From the human T2T-CHM13v2.0 reference genome, Homo sapiens, in the NCBI RefSeq assembly GCF_009914755.1, contig NC_060931.1: a DNA stretch of 64,000 bases. One strand, 5' to 3'. How positions within the stretch are numbered: position 1 is the stretch's first letter; every line of letters begins with the position of its first letter. Position numbers and translations under genes: made by a program. Positions 1-18,460 of this stretch are shown here, piece by piece. The notes beneath the pieces were generated by a model. That model saw nothing but the letters and a program-made list of their open reading frames with translations. It ran no database searches and was not told the DNA's origin.

Positions 1-190
1 GTTCACCATAAAATAAAATAATAGTACATTTAATTATTTTAACATATAGTGTTTATATCCACAAAAAGATAACTATAAAAGATGATGAATATGATCATTT
101 GTTTGACAGTAGTAATCATTTCCCTATGTATATGCATATCAAAACATTATGTTCTATATTTTAAATTTATACAATAAAAATAATTTAAAA
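1..190 (+). mobile_element. Old L1MA-type 3' end with A-rich tail
   Basis: Typical L1MA 3'UTR terminus (gtaatcatttccctatgtatatgcatatcaaaacattatg) ending in aataaaaa. Confidence 0.6.
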
Positions 191-194
191 AGAA

Positions 195-3550
<3,356 letters not shown>

Positions 3551-4687
3551 TATTATTTGACCTGCAGAGAGAGAATTCATGCTTTGAGAGAGGGTTTCAA
3601 GAATGGGAATCACACATCTATGGTAGCTATGATTTTAGATGCCATATGTTAAAGGGATGAATGATCTTATCCACTGTCAAATCCCTGAAAAGACCATCAG
3701 TAAAACATGTTGAGCAAGAAAAGCTAAGTTTATTAGATTTATGGAAGTAAGGAAAAGCACCGCCATGACAGAATATTAGTAGTGTCTCAGAAGGAAAAAG
3801 TCAAGAGAGGCTATTTATGAAATTTTAGTACCTTTCTAGTCACCTCGGCTAGATGACTTCAAGGTGGGTCTACTATGCAGGATGATAACTGGCTTTGGGA
3901 AAAGTTTATATTATAGTAGTTTTAATTGGTGGGCACAGAGAGAGGAAGATCTTGAAGAGGGTATTAATGAGTCAGTTGTGAGTCTTCAGAAGTAGAGATT
4001 TTTTTTTTTTCTTTTGTTGGTTTATGGTGTTAGCTTTCTGGAGCAACGATTCCTTGGAGCAAGTATCTGAGATATTTTTGCTTGCCCCCAATAAATTATT
4101 TAGCAAAAACCAGGAAAAGATGTTTGTTCCAGAGTTTTGAGGCCATGGAAAGTAAGATACGTTTGATTTTGGAATTAACACAAGAATAGGAAAGCATGTT
4201 GGTTTCAGTTATTGCCAACTTCCCTTGATAATTCTTCAATCACATTTAAAGGATAGACCATTGCCTTCTGGGGACATGATCAATTCTGATCTTCACCACT
4301 GTTTACCATCTTTGGTCACATGTGGAGTTTCTGATGTTTGTTATTCCAACTTTTATACGTGTCAGAGTTTGTTGTGCTTTTTGTTGAAAGATTATTTGTT
4401 GGGTCCTTTGATGGAACAGGGGCTGAATAGCAGCACTAAACACTGCGGATGACACAACTGAGCAGTACAACACATAAAATACTATGAGAAGAATTATGGT
4501 CCAAGTTTATAGTCCACAGCTAAGCCAAATTAAATAAAAACATGCATATTAAACAAAAATAAAATGTATCACCCCCAATCTGAAGAGATACATAACCGTA
4601 TTAGCTCAATTATCTAATTTCATGTTATCTTTGTTTCCCAGATTTTTTTGTCATATTAAACATCCAAGAGAGATCTGTAGATGTTTG

Positions 4688-4773
4688 AGTACAATATTCT
4701 TCCCATAAGGCAGCACATGCTCCACCTTGCAAAGGATATACATTATCTACTCAGCTGTGTTCTGAACCACCAC
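4688..4773 (-). pseudogene. Decayed gammaretrovirus-type env TM segment (immunosuppressive domain and CX6CC region)
   Basis: Minus strand translates as VVVQN, then after a frameshift VDNVYPLQGGACAALWEEYCT; compare MLV [28 protein letters not shown]. Confidence 0.75.
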
Positions 4774-7700
4774 CTGCTCCCTTTCATAGAATTCCTCTTA
4801 AGTGAGGACTATTTGAAGACAAGTAATGTACAGAGAAAACAGATTGCTGTAAAATTTTCAGGTCATAGCCTGTTGCATCACAAATCCAAAATCCATTATT
4901 AGGGACAATCTAATTAAACTTTGGCCCAAGCAGGTCTGACGATATATTGCCGTGGTATAATATAGTAATGTTTTGATCCCACTCATCAAATGTGGTTCTG
5001 TGTCAGGTGACAGTCGGTTTAGAATAGATATCATCAGGTGGATTTAAAGCAAGAGAGCTTAGCATTGAGCCTAAGCAGTTCTTCTTTCTTACAATGTCTG
5101 TAAAAATGAGACAACTTCCAAATAGCAACTGTTTTTCTAACTCTTTTAGAAACTTTCTTACCATAAAAGTTCTGTTACAAAAGGCATTTCCTGTGAAAGG
5201 CACTTGAAACTGTTTCTGTGGAGATAGAAAACCCTCTTAGTATATACAATCCGATAGGGGATTTTTGATTTCTGGCTGGCTCTGCTGTTGAGTGGCTTTC
5301 AACCTAAAAAATGCTTTCTACTAGAGTCTAATTACCAAGGAATCCAACTGACTTGTTAAAAGAATGTGTTATCAAAGAAAGCAAAGTGGCACACAAAGAA
5401 AAATGAATGCAAAAAATGGTTTATTTGTTTATATATTTTGCCAAGCCATTAATAATAAGTTACATTTTGGTATTGGACTCATACCAAGCAGTGTCTAAGA
5501 ATAAAAAAAATATGTTTATCATGAGGACAGTATGAGTACCATAACTAATAGATAAAAATGTTTCTTAATAACCCAGAACCTTACAGTAAGTAAAGAGAAA
5601 AGAAGCTACCTAAGAATATAGCAAACAAAGCATGAAAATTAAAACATGAGAATCTGTGACTCCAATTATCTAGATGATGTTCTATGGGTTGTGGGTTGAA
5701 TTTCTCTACTTCATGCAGATGTCTACTTGCTCTGAAAGCCTTTGATGGGAACTGTTTTCTTCCAATAACTGTTCACTCTTGGAGAATACCAATTTTTAGC
5801 TTCATGTCTCCATCTAGGACAAATTTTCAATGGCTGAAAAATGCCTTTATGTCTTTGGGGTCCTGGCTGGAGTAGTGGGGATAGTGTGTACTGAAGGACA
5901 AAACTCTTGAGATTTTCTTACTGTGCAACTTAACAGTATCTGATAAGATCATGCCCATCAGGTTTTGGGGGCCATCTTTCTCAGAAGTCTGTTTAGGAGA
6001 ATTATTTTTCCAGGTTTTAGGTTATGCAAGGTTGCTTAGGAGGATGTTGAGCAAACGGTGCTCATGCCAGTGGATGCTCAGGCTGTTATCTCTTGTATTA
6101 GTCCCTTGTAGTATTTTTCCAACTCCACTTACCAGAGGACACAATCTAGAATCAGAGATGCAATTACTACAGCCATGGGATGACCTGCTACTAACTTATA
6201 GTGGGAGAGTTAGTGAATCCCAGAAGAAGTTGATTGCATTGTTATTAAAACTAAGATAATACCTTAGGTGATAGAAGCAAAGGGTCATTGAAAACTATGC
6301 TAATTTTAGCTGAAGAATACTATTTGTTCTTTCAATATTTTCTTAAGATTAGGGGTAGTATGGGCCGTGAAATTTCTGAGTAAGTGGTAAGGGTTTGCAA
6401 AACCTTTCCTGTGACAGGGTCACACATTTTAAAGGATTTTCATTAGCACTAGTTTGGAATTCCCCAGATTGAAAACAAAGAATTAAGCAATACTTCTGCT
6501 ACTATCAGAGGTATAGCTCTTTGGTAAGGAAAAGCATCAATCCATTCCACTAATAAGTAAGTAATCACTAGAGAATAGTTAAGACCGACTGAGGAAGATG
6601 GCCATATGAAAGGCACTTAAACATACTCAGACACCCTGATTCTTGGACCCTTGTTCTTGTCCTGTTTTTCATAGATTTGTCTGGTTAATGGTGGTGATAA
6701 GTGAGACAGACACCACAGATGATCGCCAATCTTGGCTGAATACAGTGGCCAATTTGTCCTTGCTGTAATTTTATGTGATTTAAGCCAGTTGCTTACTAAA
6801 TAAATAAGATCAAACAACAATACCAAGCACTGGAGAGGAATAAAGGAACAAGAATCCTGAGTTGCTGCAATATATTATTTAAATGCTCATTTTTAATTAA
6901 AAAAATCCACAAAACTGTGAGACATGCAGAGAAAAAGGAATACATGTCCCATACACGGTGGGGGATGGTGGGGTGACACAGGTAACAGAAACTGCCTGTG
7001 AAAGGGACCAGATGTCAGATTTAACAAAGATTTTAAAGCAGCCATTACAAATATATTTAAAGAACTGAAGGAAATAATGTATGATGACAATGCTTAATCA
7101 AATAGAGAATATCAATAGCCAGAAATTATAAAAGAAAACCAAATAAAAATTCAGTATTTGAAATGTACAATGACTGAAATGAAGAATTCACAAATGGGCT
7201 CAACAATTGATTACAATCTATTTCAACTGACAGAAGAAAGAATTACCAAAGTTGAAGATAGGCTGCTAGCAATGATACAATCTGAAGGACAAGAGGAAAA
7301 AAAAAAACAACAATATACAAACAGAGCCTCAGAGACATGTAGAATATCACAAGTGCAGCAACATATTCATAATAAAAATGCCAGAAGGAGGAGAGAGAGA
7401 GAGTGGAACAAAAATTTATTCAGAAAAATAATGGCAAAAAATTCCCCAGTTTGATGAAAAACATGCATCTATACCCTCAAGAAACTCAACAAACTCTAAG
7501 CAGGAAAAACTCAAAAAGATCTACACCTTGACATATGAGAGTCAAATTTTCCAAAGCCAAATTAAAAAAAAAAAAGAATCTTGAAAACAACAAAAGAAGA
7601 ATGACTTGTCACTTACAAGGAAACCCCAATAAGATGAACATCTGTATTATCATTAGAAACAATGGAGGCCAGAAAACAATGGAACGACAAATTGAAAGTG

Positions 7701-7899
7701 GTGAAAGAACAATCTGCCAACCAAGAATCCTATATTTAGCAAAACCATCTTTCAGTAAGGAAGGTAAAATAATTGACATTCCCAGATTTTTAAAAAACGG
7801 ATAGAATTTGTTGTTAGTAGACCTACTTTAGAAGCAATAAAAGTGGAGTTTTTCAGGTTAAAAGCAAGTGACCCTAGGCAGTAATTCAAACACATGGAT

Positions 7900-7902
<3 letters not shown>

Positions 7903-7940
<38 letters not shown>

Positions 7941-7943
7941 CAC
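7903..7943. repeat. (CA)n microsatellite
   Basis: Direct reading. Confidence 0.95.
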
Positions 7944-8986
7944 CCCCAATGGTAAAAGCAGTTATGTAATTATAAATGACACTATAAATACATGTCTCTT
8001 TCCTCCTTTTAACTGGATTTAAAAAGCAATCATATAATACAAGTGCATGTAATTGTATTGTTGAGCCTGTAACATATAGAAATGTAATAAATTTGCCAAT
8101 AGTAGCAGAACAAAAGTGGGTAGGAACAAAGCTATATTAGAGTAAGAAAATGACACCAGATGGTAATTCTAAACCTCAGGGACAGATGAAGAAAACCAGA
8201 GATTGTAAACAAAATTAATACAAGAAGCTGTTTACATATGTTCCGCTTTCTTCTCTCAGCTTCTTAAATATACATAAAATTATATGAAATAATATTTATA
8301 GCAATGAATTATTGGGATATACCTATATATGTATGTTAATATATGTTTGTATATTACATAAATGTATTTATGTATTATATATTTGTTGAGAAATATATAT
8401 ATTATATAATATATACATTTATATATTATATATTTATTTTTGGCATATAACAACATATCCCAATAAATATTATATATTTATTGTTGAGATATAAAATATT
8501 TCCCCCAATATATCTAATATAAATTCATATCTGTTGATAACATATAAAATATATATTAATATATGTTAGGCATAATGTTAGGTTCAACAATAGTAGCACA
8601 GAAAAGGGAAGACAGAAATAGAGCTGTATAGCAGTGACATTTCTGTATCTCATTGGAATTAAGTTAGTATAAATTTGGAGTAGATTCTGCCCAGTTAAGA
8701 TGTACATGGTAAACCCTAAAGTAAGTAACCACTAAGAAAATAATTCAAACAGTATAGTTAAAAATTATTGAAGGAATTACAATGTTACACTAGAATATAT
8801 TCACTTTACATAAAAGAAATACATGAAAGAAGTATATAGAAACAAAAAGACATGAGACATATCAAAAAAAGTTAATTGGATATAAATCCAATTACACCCA
8901 TAATAACATTAAGTGTAAGTGGATTAAGCAATCCAATCAAAAGACAGAGACTGTCACACCAACTATAAAGACAAAATTGAATTATA

Positions 8987-9295
<309 letters not shown>

Positions 9296-9477
9296 TTGAA
9301 TTATATGTTGTGCACAGGAGACATTTTTAATTCAAAGACACAAATAGGCTAAAATTAAGGGGTAAGAAAAGATAGATCATGCAAACAGCAATGATAGGAA
9401 AGCAGAATGGCTATACTAATGTGAGATGAAATGGATTTTAAGATTAAATGTGTTACTAGAGATAAAAAGGGATATTT

Positions 9478-9563
9478 TATAATGAAAAAGGAATAAAATC
9501 TATCAGGAAGGTATAACATAATTGTTATACCTTCCTGATAGATTTTATTCCTTTTTCATTATA
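9478..9563. repeat. Perfect 41-bp inverted repeat with 4-nt loop
   Basis: 9478-9518 is the exact reverse complement of 9523-9563; loop taat. Confidence 0.97.
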
Positions 9564-9575
9564 TATATATGTCTA

Positions 9576-9914
<339 letters not shown>

Positions 9915-11910
9915 TCACAATTGAAGGAAGAAATAGACATTTTGACAATAATGGTTGAAATCTTCAATACCTCAGTTTCAATAATGAAGAGAACAACTAG
10001 GCAGAAGATCAATAAGAAAATAGAAGACTCGAACAAAACTATAAACCAGCTAGGCCTAGCAGATAGCTGCGGAAAACCCAATGATATCAGAGTATACATT
10101 CTTCTCAAGTGCACATAAAATGTTCTCTGTGACATACTAAGCTAGGTCATATAGAAAGCCACAATAAATTCAAAAGAATCGAAATCATACAAAGTATGTT
10201 CCCAACAACAATCAAATGTAATGAGAAATTAATAACAGAAAGTTTAAAAATGTAGAAATTAAAAACACAGATCTAAATAACTACCACAAAAAATATAAAA
10301 TAATTTCAAATAAATGAAAGTAAGTGGGACGCAGCATGACAAAACTTATGGCATGCAACTAAAGCAGCACTTACAGAGACTTTCATAGCTGTAGGGGAGA
10401 GGTCTATATTACATTAGAAGAAAGACTGCAAATCAATAACTTGGATATACAATTTAAGACAATTATAAAAGAACAAACTAAACCTAATTAAGCAGAAGGA
10501 AATAAATATCAGTTAGAATGAAAATTAATAACATGGAGAAGAGAAAACAGAGAAAAATTAACAAAAACACACCTGGCTTTTTGAAATCAATAAAGTTGAC
10601 AAATCCTTAGCCAGACTGACAAAGAAAGAAGAAAACTCAAATTAATAAACATGAATGAAGAGGGGACGTTATTATAGACCTTACAGAAATAGAGAAGTAT
10701 AAGGAATACTATGAACAATTGTATGCCAGTAGTAGAAAAATATCCTAGAAAGGCTCAGACTATAGAAACTGACTCAGAAGAATTAAAAAATCTGTAAAGA
10801 TCTATAATAAAAAAAGATTAAATTCATAATTTAAAACTTGAAAAGCCTAGTCCCAGAATTCTACAAAACGTATAGGAAATTAATGTCAATTCTTCACAAA
10901 CTCTCTAAAAAATAGAAGAGGAGAGAACACTCCTCAATTTATTTTATGAGGCCAGGATTACCCTGATTCCAAAACCAGACAAATATATCACATGAAAAGA
11001 CAACTACAAACCAATATTTCTTATTAATATAGACTAATATAGGTGACCTGAGTAATCTGTTGAAGTTTTTCTGTAAGATTGTGCCAACCTTCTATACCAG
11101 CCTTGGAGCCAATAGCAAAGGTAAATTTATCACCCCATGCCTTATAAATTTCTCTTCCCCATAAATTTCCCCTTACAGACTTACAATAGAAGTAACAAAA
11201 ATAGAGAGACAGAGGTAAGAACAGATTAACAAGACATGCTCTGCCAAAAATAAGAGTTTTAAATTTTGACGAGGTAATCTAAGGATTCCAAAAGAGGGTT
11301 ACCCATCCCTAGGGAACAAAGTAAACTTGGTGTTTGGGAGCTTGACAAAAAGAGATCACAGCTCAGGCCCCTGAGTGTGCAGTTCAGGAGGCCTCGGAGG
11401 AGCTCTGTGCAGTTGAGTTGTGTTTATTGGGCCACAGTAGCAAGAGGGTCTTGATGAATCCTGGCACAATCTGCAAGATTATCAGTTGTCAATTTCTGCA
11501 AAAGACCACCGTGCAATGTGTTGAATAAGCAGAACTAAATGTATTAGACTTACTGAAGGAAGAGAGAATACCATGTTTACAGAGTCTTCATAGTATCTCA
11601 GCAGAGAGAAGCTGGGTGTATATTTACAAGGCTGAGGCCTGGGCTGAATGATTTAAGGAGGGCAACTGTTTGGTATTGGAGAGGCTATGATAGCTTTGGA
11701 TAAGTGGGCACGGTAGGATGGAATTCTTGAAATGAATATCGATGAGTGAGGTGTTTGTTTCAATTAGTAAGTGATCTAAGTTGGTTCTGAGCCTTAGCTA
11801 TTTTTCTCAGAAAATACTTGCTTCTGGAAGACAAGTTATTTTTGCCACATCTAAGTATTGCTTAACACAGAATAAGAAAAGATGCATTTTCCTAGAATTG
11901 TTTGGCACAT

Positions 11911-12335
11911 TGCAGAAATAAACAAAGACCGCCCACCCAAATGAGAACAAACAGAGGCTATTTATTCAGGGCTTGGTACAGCAAGGAAGTCAATTGTCAT
12001 CACCTTGGCCTGTCTAATACTCAAGGGCAGGCAGTGGAGCAGGACAGATTTATGGTAAAAGAAGAGACGGCTTCAGAAATGCTCTGATTGGAGGTTGTTG
12101 GCCTGGGAAAGCTGAAAGTCCACTCACTTAGAAACATGGTATCTTATGTAACTGGTTTTGGCGCCATATTTGGCTTTCTCTGGTTGGTCTGGAGTAGGAA
12201 GCAGGAGAACAAATAGGGAAGCTAACAGTCACCTAGCAAGTCCTGACCATTCTGGACCAATTGCTGCAGAGGTTGTGGGTAAAACTTCTAAAACCATAAA
12301 TCCTGGCCATTGTCATTTGTGTATTAAATCCTGTA
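11911..12335 (-). mobile_element. Solo LTR nested in the right LTR of the ERV
   Basis: Starts TG; acat flanks at 11907-11910 and 12336-12339; the host LTR re-aligns to the left LTR when this piece is removed. Confidence 0.6.
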
Positions 12336-13586
12336 ACATGGACAGGAAAGCATGTTGGCCTCAGCTCTCAATTGCAATTGGCCCCAAAATGTCTACCTGT
12401 AATGAAAACTATGTTTTGAAATTGTGAAACTATTAATAGAAGTGGTCTGAGGCTCTGAATCTCTGAGAATGATTACAGTGTTTTATGAAGCAAACTTAGA
12501 GAAGATGAACTTCTTAGCCAGAATTCTTTAAAAGTTTGTAGGATTTTTCATATATAAGAGAGAAGCAGGTGAGTAGGTAGGCTTAATTATATGCAAGCGG
12601 GAGACTGCATTATCTTCAGGTGGTGTTAGGTTAGCCATCTGCAAGTGAAGAGATTATTTTCCAAATCTCCTTAGAGTTCCAGATGGAAGTTAGCAATAGA
12701 GAGGAAGGTGAGGTGTAGTTAAGCATCCTTGATTAGGTGTGTCCTGATGACTACATGAGTCCAGACGATGATTTCCCCCTGATTTTAGTTCCCTTAATCA
12801 TAGGCTTCTGTGTTGTTGCACAGTTTCTCCTCCTGCATTTGGCTTTCCTAAGTTAAAATACAATTAGCCCCCTTATTCATCCTGCAAGTTCTCAGAAGTT
12901 TTAGTAAAGCCTGTCCTTTTACTCTCTCTAAAATATTAAAGATTAAGCTTCTTTTCTGGATTATACAAATTGAAGGAGCAGATCAAGATTTTCTATTTAT
13001 TTTCAGATTGCTGAACTCAAACTCATTCATTAAAAAATGAAATATTTCTTCAAAAGGTTTTTACACTGTGAAATTTTGTTCAACTTAAGTCTTGGTTCAA
13101 TGACAGTGTTACAAATATGCATGACTTATAACTGAAAATTATGAAGACATCAAAAATTATATCTTTACATGATGAGGCTTCTGACTGGCCTAGGATGGTC
13201 TTGGAATCCTTTCTGTGCACCCCAAATAATGTGGGATGTACAGGGAATTGCTACATCATTTCTAGCCTGAGTTTTCTCCCTGTACTGTTTCAATCTTCAC
13301 TGTCCTCAGAACTGCACTATGTCTGGCTTCAGTGGAAGCCTTCAGTCGACGTTTGCATGAGGCAGTTTATACTGTGTGAAGTTTCCACACTGCACAGGCA
13401 TACCTGCTTGTCTTATATCCCAATGGGTTTTTGAATCTCCAATGGGTCCTTCCTACTCCTCACTGGCTCCTCCCCAGTATGGACTTACCTTTGTCTGTGA
13501 GAGATATTTCCAAGCTGTCATCTTCCATTACGAGGAGTGTTATTTGTCATGCCTGGGTATGCGTGTGGGGCCATTGCGCAGCTTAG

Positions 13587-14173
<587 letters not shown>

Positions 14174-14279
14174 TGGATATATTTTCTTTCTGGATCTTTG
14201 ATTATACTTATGTTAGAGATTTTGATCATGTCCAATATATATAATATGGCCATTTATGTCTTTTCAATTCCTTTCTTCC

Positions 14280-14590
14280 CGCAGCTTTAATGAGGTAAAA
14301 TTGACAAATAAAATTATATATATTCATAGTGTGCAAGGTGATGATTTGATATATATACACATTGTGAACTGTTGACCATAATCAAGCTAATTAAACATAT
14401 CCATCACTTCACATAGTATTTTTTTTTCTGGTAAGAACATTTAAAATCTACTCTCTTACAAATTTCATGTATTCAATAGAGGATAATTAACTATAGCCAC
14501 CATGCTGTACATCAGATCTGCAGAATTTATTCGCCCTGCCTAAATGAAATTTTCTACCCTTTGATCAACATCTCCCCATTTTCCCCAATC
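14280..14590 (-). mobile_element. L1MA 3' end fragment
   Basis: cagctttaatgaggt...atatccatcacttcacatag is a typical antisense L1MA 3'UTR. Confidence 0.7.
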
Positions 14591-15369
14591 CCTTTGTCTT
14601 TTTGTGCTTTAGTTTGTATATTTTCTAGTGAAAGTAGAAAATATACTTTTCTACTATATATATAGATAAGTATATATACTCTATATCTATATATACATAT
14701 ATACTATATATAATCTATATCTGTATATAATCTATAGCTATATTATAGATATAGATTATATATATAAAATCTCTCTATATGTACACAATCTGTCTATATA
14801 TCATCTATTGAGTTTTAATTAATTTTAAAATTAATTAAATTAATTAATTAGTACCTTTCAGTGCTAGAGTTTCCATTAGACTATTTCTTTACCTAATTAA
14901 TTTTAGACCCCAAGTTTCTGGTGAAATTTTGCACCCTTTCCTCTAATTTATTGAACATAATAGTTTTGTTTACATGAAATAACCTGTTTGAGAACTCTGG
15001 TATCTGTATCGCCTGTGGGTCTGTTGCTGCTGTCATGGTTTTATACCTGGTTTTTAGTTTTGTAATCGAATACCATAAATGTGTGACTGATGTGAGACAT
15101 TGTGAAATAAAATTAGCAGAGATCCAGAATAATACTATTTTTTTCTCTGAAGAAGGTTAAGTTTCCCTTCATTAGGCAGATAGTGTATGGACTGATTTAT
15201 TTCAGTTTTTTCTTTTGCTTGCTTTTTAATTTCCAGAGCTGTCCTAATACAGGGTTCTTACTCCTGGGGTGTGGCTCTTCTGGTCTCAGCTGAGCCTGAG
15301 ACAGTCAACAGGGCTTCTCCACTTAGGGGCTTAGTGTCTGCAGCGTTGTCCAGCTCTCCACTCTGTGGC

Positions 15370-15900
15370 CATCCATTGTTTCTTCCGAGAAGTCAGCTGC
15401 CAATCTTATTGCTGTTCCTTTGAAGGAAATGCACTTATTTGTTCTCCTGCTGCCTTAATTTTTTTTAACTTTGATTTTCAGGTGTTTACTATAATGGAAC
15501 TAAGCATTGTAGAGATGTATCTATATCTGTATCTACATCTGTATCCTGCTTGAGATCTGTAGCGCTTCTTAAATCAGTTGGAGTATTTTGTTAGTTTCTA
15601 AAAATTCTTGTTGATATCTCCTCTAATATTGTGTCCCCATCTCTCCTTTTTCAATTGAGACCCTAATTACAAGTATGATGTCATTTTTTACCATGTACTA
15701 TACATTACTTATGCTTTACATCTGTATTTGCCCTCCTCTTATTTTCTCCAACCTTCATTCTCCACACTAAAATTCTACTTACCTGTCCTTCAGCTAGACA
15801 AACTCCTCCCTATGTCTAATCCCTTATTACACCCATTTGTATGCTTCTTAATTTATATTATTGCAATGTTCAATTCTGTAATTCCAATTTGAACTCCTTT
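15370..15900 (-). mobile_element. Ancient L1M ORF1 remnant
   Basis: gagaagtcagctgccaatcttattgctgttcctttgaagg and related antisense ORF1-type sequence. Confidence 0.5.
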
Positions 15901-16829
15901 CCTCTGGTACAGATTAAGGTAGGTGAATTATTTTCTTAATAATTCAAGTTATACAGACAATCCACTGAAATTCCAGGCTGTCTTTGGTAAAACTTTAGCC
16001 AAATCTTCAATATGTGGTATCACTGGCACCATAACATTTGTACATATAAAAAGTTGGAAAATGACCTGGGGCTTCACCAGATCATTGGTGATCACCAGAT
16101 CACATATTCAAATGATGAGGACAAACAATAGAAAAAAATCAGCCCCTAAGAATCTCAGCACTAAACCTCTACATCATCTCTCAGAAACCAATGTTTCTCA
16201 CTGAGGAAAGGTGAATGGCTTACGTGTCCCTTCAGTATAAGGGAACAGAGAATTGAATTGGTCATATGGGACTCACTTGGCTGACCAATCACTGGGACTC
16301 TGGGGAGGTAAGATGTCAGAGGCTCTTTAGGGTGCTGGATACTTGAATGCAGCCCGGTCTGAGCAGCAGGGGGTTCCATCCCGATCTGAGTCGTGGTACC
16401 AAAAGCAGTTCAGAAAATCCACCAGAACATCATTATTCGTAAGTCTTGATTTAGAATTTTGCATATGGGGCACAAGAACAATTCTGATGAAGTATTCTAA
16501 GTTGGGGTGGGTTGGGGGAGGTGGAGTTTTTATAGAGCTTTAATAAGAGATGCCAGCCAAAGTTCTGCAACTTTTAGGACAGTAGTTGGTTAAAAACAGT
16601 TATTCAGAGGAGGAACCCATTGTTCTTGTGGGTTAGCAGCCGCTGGTCAGGTAGGTTAGGGTTAGGGAGAGGGGTGGGAGGAGCAGTTGGTTGGGCTACT
16701 GGGGTAGGGGGAGGAACAGGGGAGCCACCGCAGTTACCTGAGCACCTTGGCAGGGACCGTCTGTCGTCCTCCGCATCTCTCGCATCTTCCTCTCCAGTAC
16801 CTACCACCACCTCATGCATGATGCATTTC

Positions 16830-16985
16830 ATTTTTGTTTAATTTATTACCTGCTTCCTCTGCCCCATAAAAATGTCGGCTACATAGGGTAGAGGTCTTTA
16901 TCCATTTGGGTCATTGCTGCATCCCCAGCCCCTGTTCCATGCCCAGAACATCACAGATATACAATCCTATTGAATGAATAAAGGA
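16830..16985 (+). mobile_element. L2 3' end
   Basis: tcattgctgcatccccagc...ttgaatgaataaa terminus. Confidence 0.6.
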
Positions 16986-18011
16986 GGAAGAATGGCAGTG
17001 CATGGGGAATCTTGTAACGTGGGGGACTCACAATGCTTCCTCCAGAAAGCCTGCCGCATTCTCCCCTCCCCCTTATAATATCACATCTATGCTCTGTGGT
17101 CAGGGCAGACGCAGGCCAAGCTGCTCATCAGAAGCTGTGTTATTAGGTTGTTCTAAGCTCTCTGTAAAAGGCCGTTTTCATTTATGTCAGTAGAATTAGG
17201 CTACAGGTTATACTTGCAAATGAGATAAAATCACTAGAGAAATCCAAATTTCAACTTGGTATTATTTTAATATATGTAAGAGTTGTATGATTCCAACAAT
17301 AAAAAAGTATAATTTCCTTCAAATTCAAAGGGCTTGAGAAGATATTTTCATATGAGCAGCCAACGGAATGCAAAATGGAACTAAATGATAAACTTAGATG
17401 GAAAGGGCAGCCTTCTGTGAGTAGACAAGTGGACAGGCATCTCCTTTCTACAACGAATCAGTTCCTGAACATCAGAGTTTCTGTGCAAAAATGTCAAATA
17501 ATGAGAAATAAGCTCCCAATAAATGTACAAAATTAAAACACATTATTAGTCAACTCCCGTAGCTAAAACACAGTCAAATAATTATATATAGGGAACAAAC
17601 TATTATGTAGAAAGAAAAATGTTACTACCGGATTATGAATTCATACAGTTGTCTTCAGAGAACTGCTTATTAGAACTTCTCATAGTAACATAAAAATCGG
17701 AAGCATGTATTCCTTTCCAAAACATCTATATGTGATTCCAATCTTCTAACCACTGTATTTGGAGTGAAACTTGAGACTGTTCCCAAACTCATTTGATAAA
17801 AATATCGTATTGGGTTTTGGTTACGTACGTGGCAATGTTTCTTATGTAAGTCTAGGCCCCCAAACTTTGTATTGTGAGATATCGTTGAGCAAGTAACACA
17901 GGTTACCACCTCCAGGGCAGAAGTCCCACTGCAGGGAAGAGAGCAAGAGCCCAATAAGGCCGGGGACCAGGAGCAGCAGTCCCAGGTTGAGCCCACTACG
18001 TGATTTGCTGG

Positions 18012-18460
18012 TGTCAGGGTCACCAAGAAAGACACAACTCACACAGGCACTGGATGGAACAGCATTTTGCTCACATAGGGAAAAGACAGAGCAAGATCAG
18101 CTTTGATAGTCAGTATTGGTCCCCCGAGGCCTGCAAGTCTCACCCCACAGCCTGAGCAGGAGCTGGTCGGCATGCACCACACCCATCTCGTGCAACAGGC
18201 ACAAGACCCGTCCCCCGTCCCCCACCCGCAACGCTGTATGACACATGCATGTTTAAACAGAGCAAAGTGCACATCGCTCGTGGAACAGGGAAAGTCATTC
18301 CCAAACAAGGCCATGTGCACAGCATGGGCTGAGGCCTCTTGCTCTCCACGTAAGGAAATGTTCCAGGTCCACGGCACACCCTCATGCAGCTGTGTCGGGT
18401 CTGCAGGCTGTGCACGACTGTCTTTCTCAACAGGTACTTTACATTCTATGATGCCCAGGT
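18012..18460. mobile_element. Probable ancient solo LTR (family not assigned)
   Basis: TG start, GC-richer block of about 450 bp with LTR-like composition; boundaries uncertain. Confidence 0.35.
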
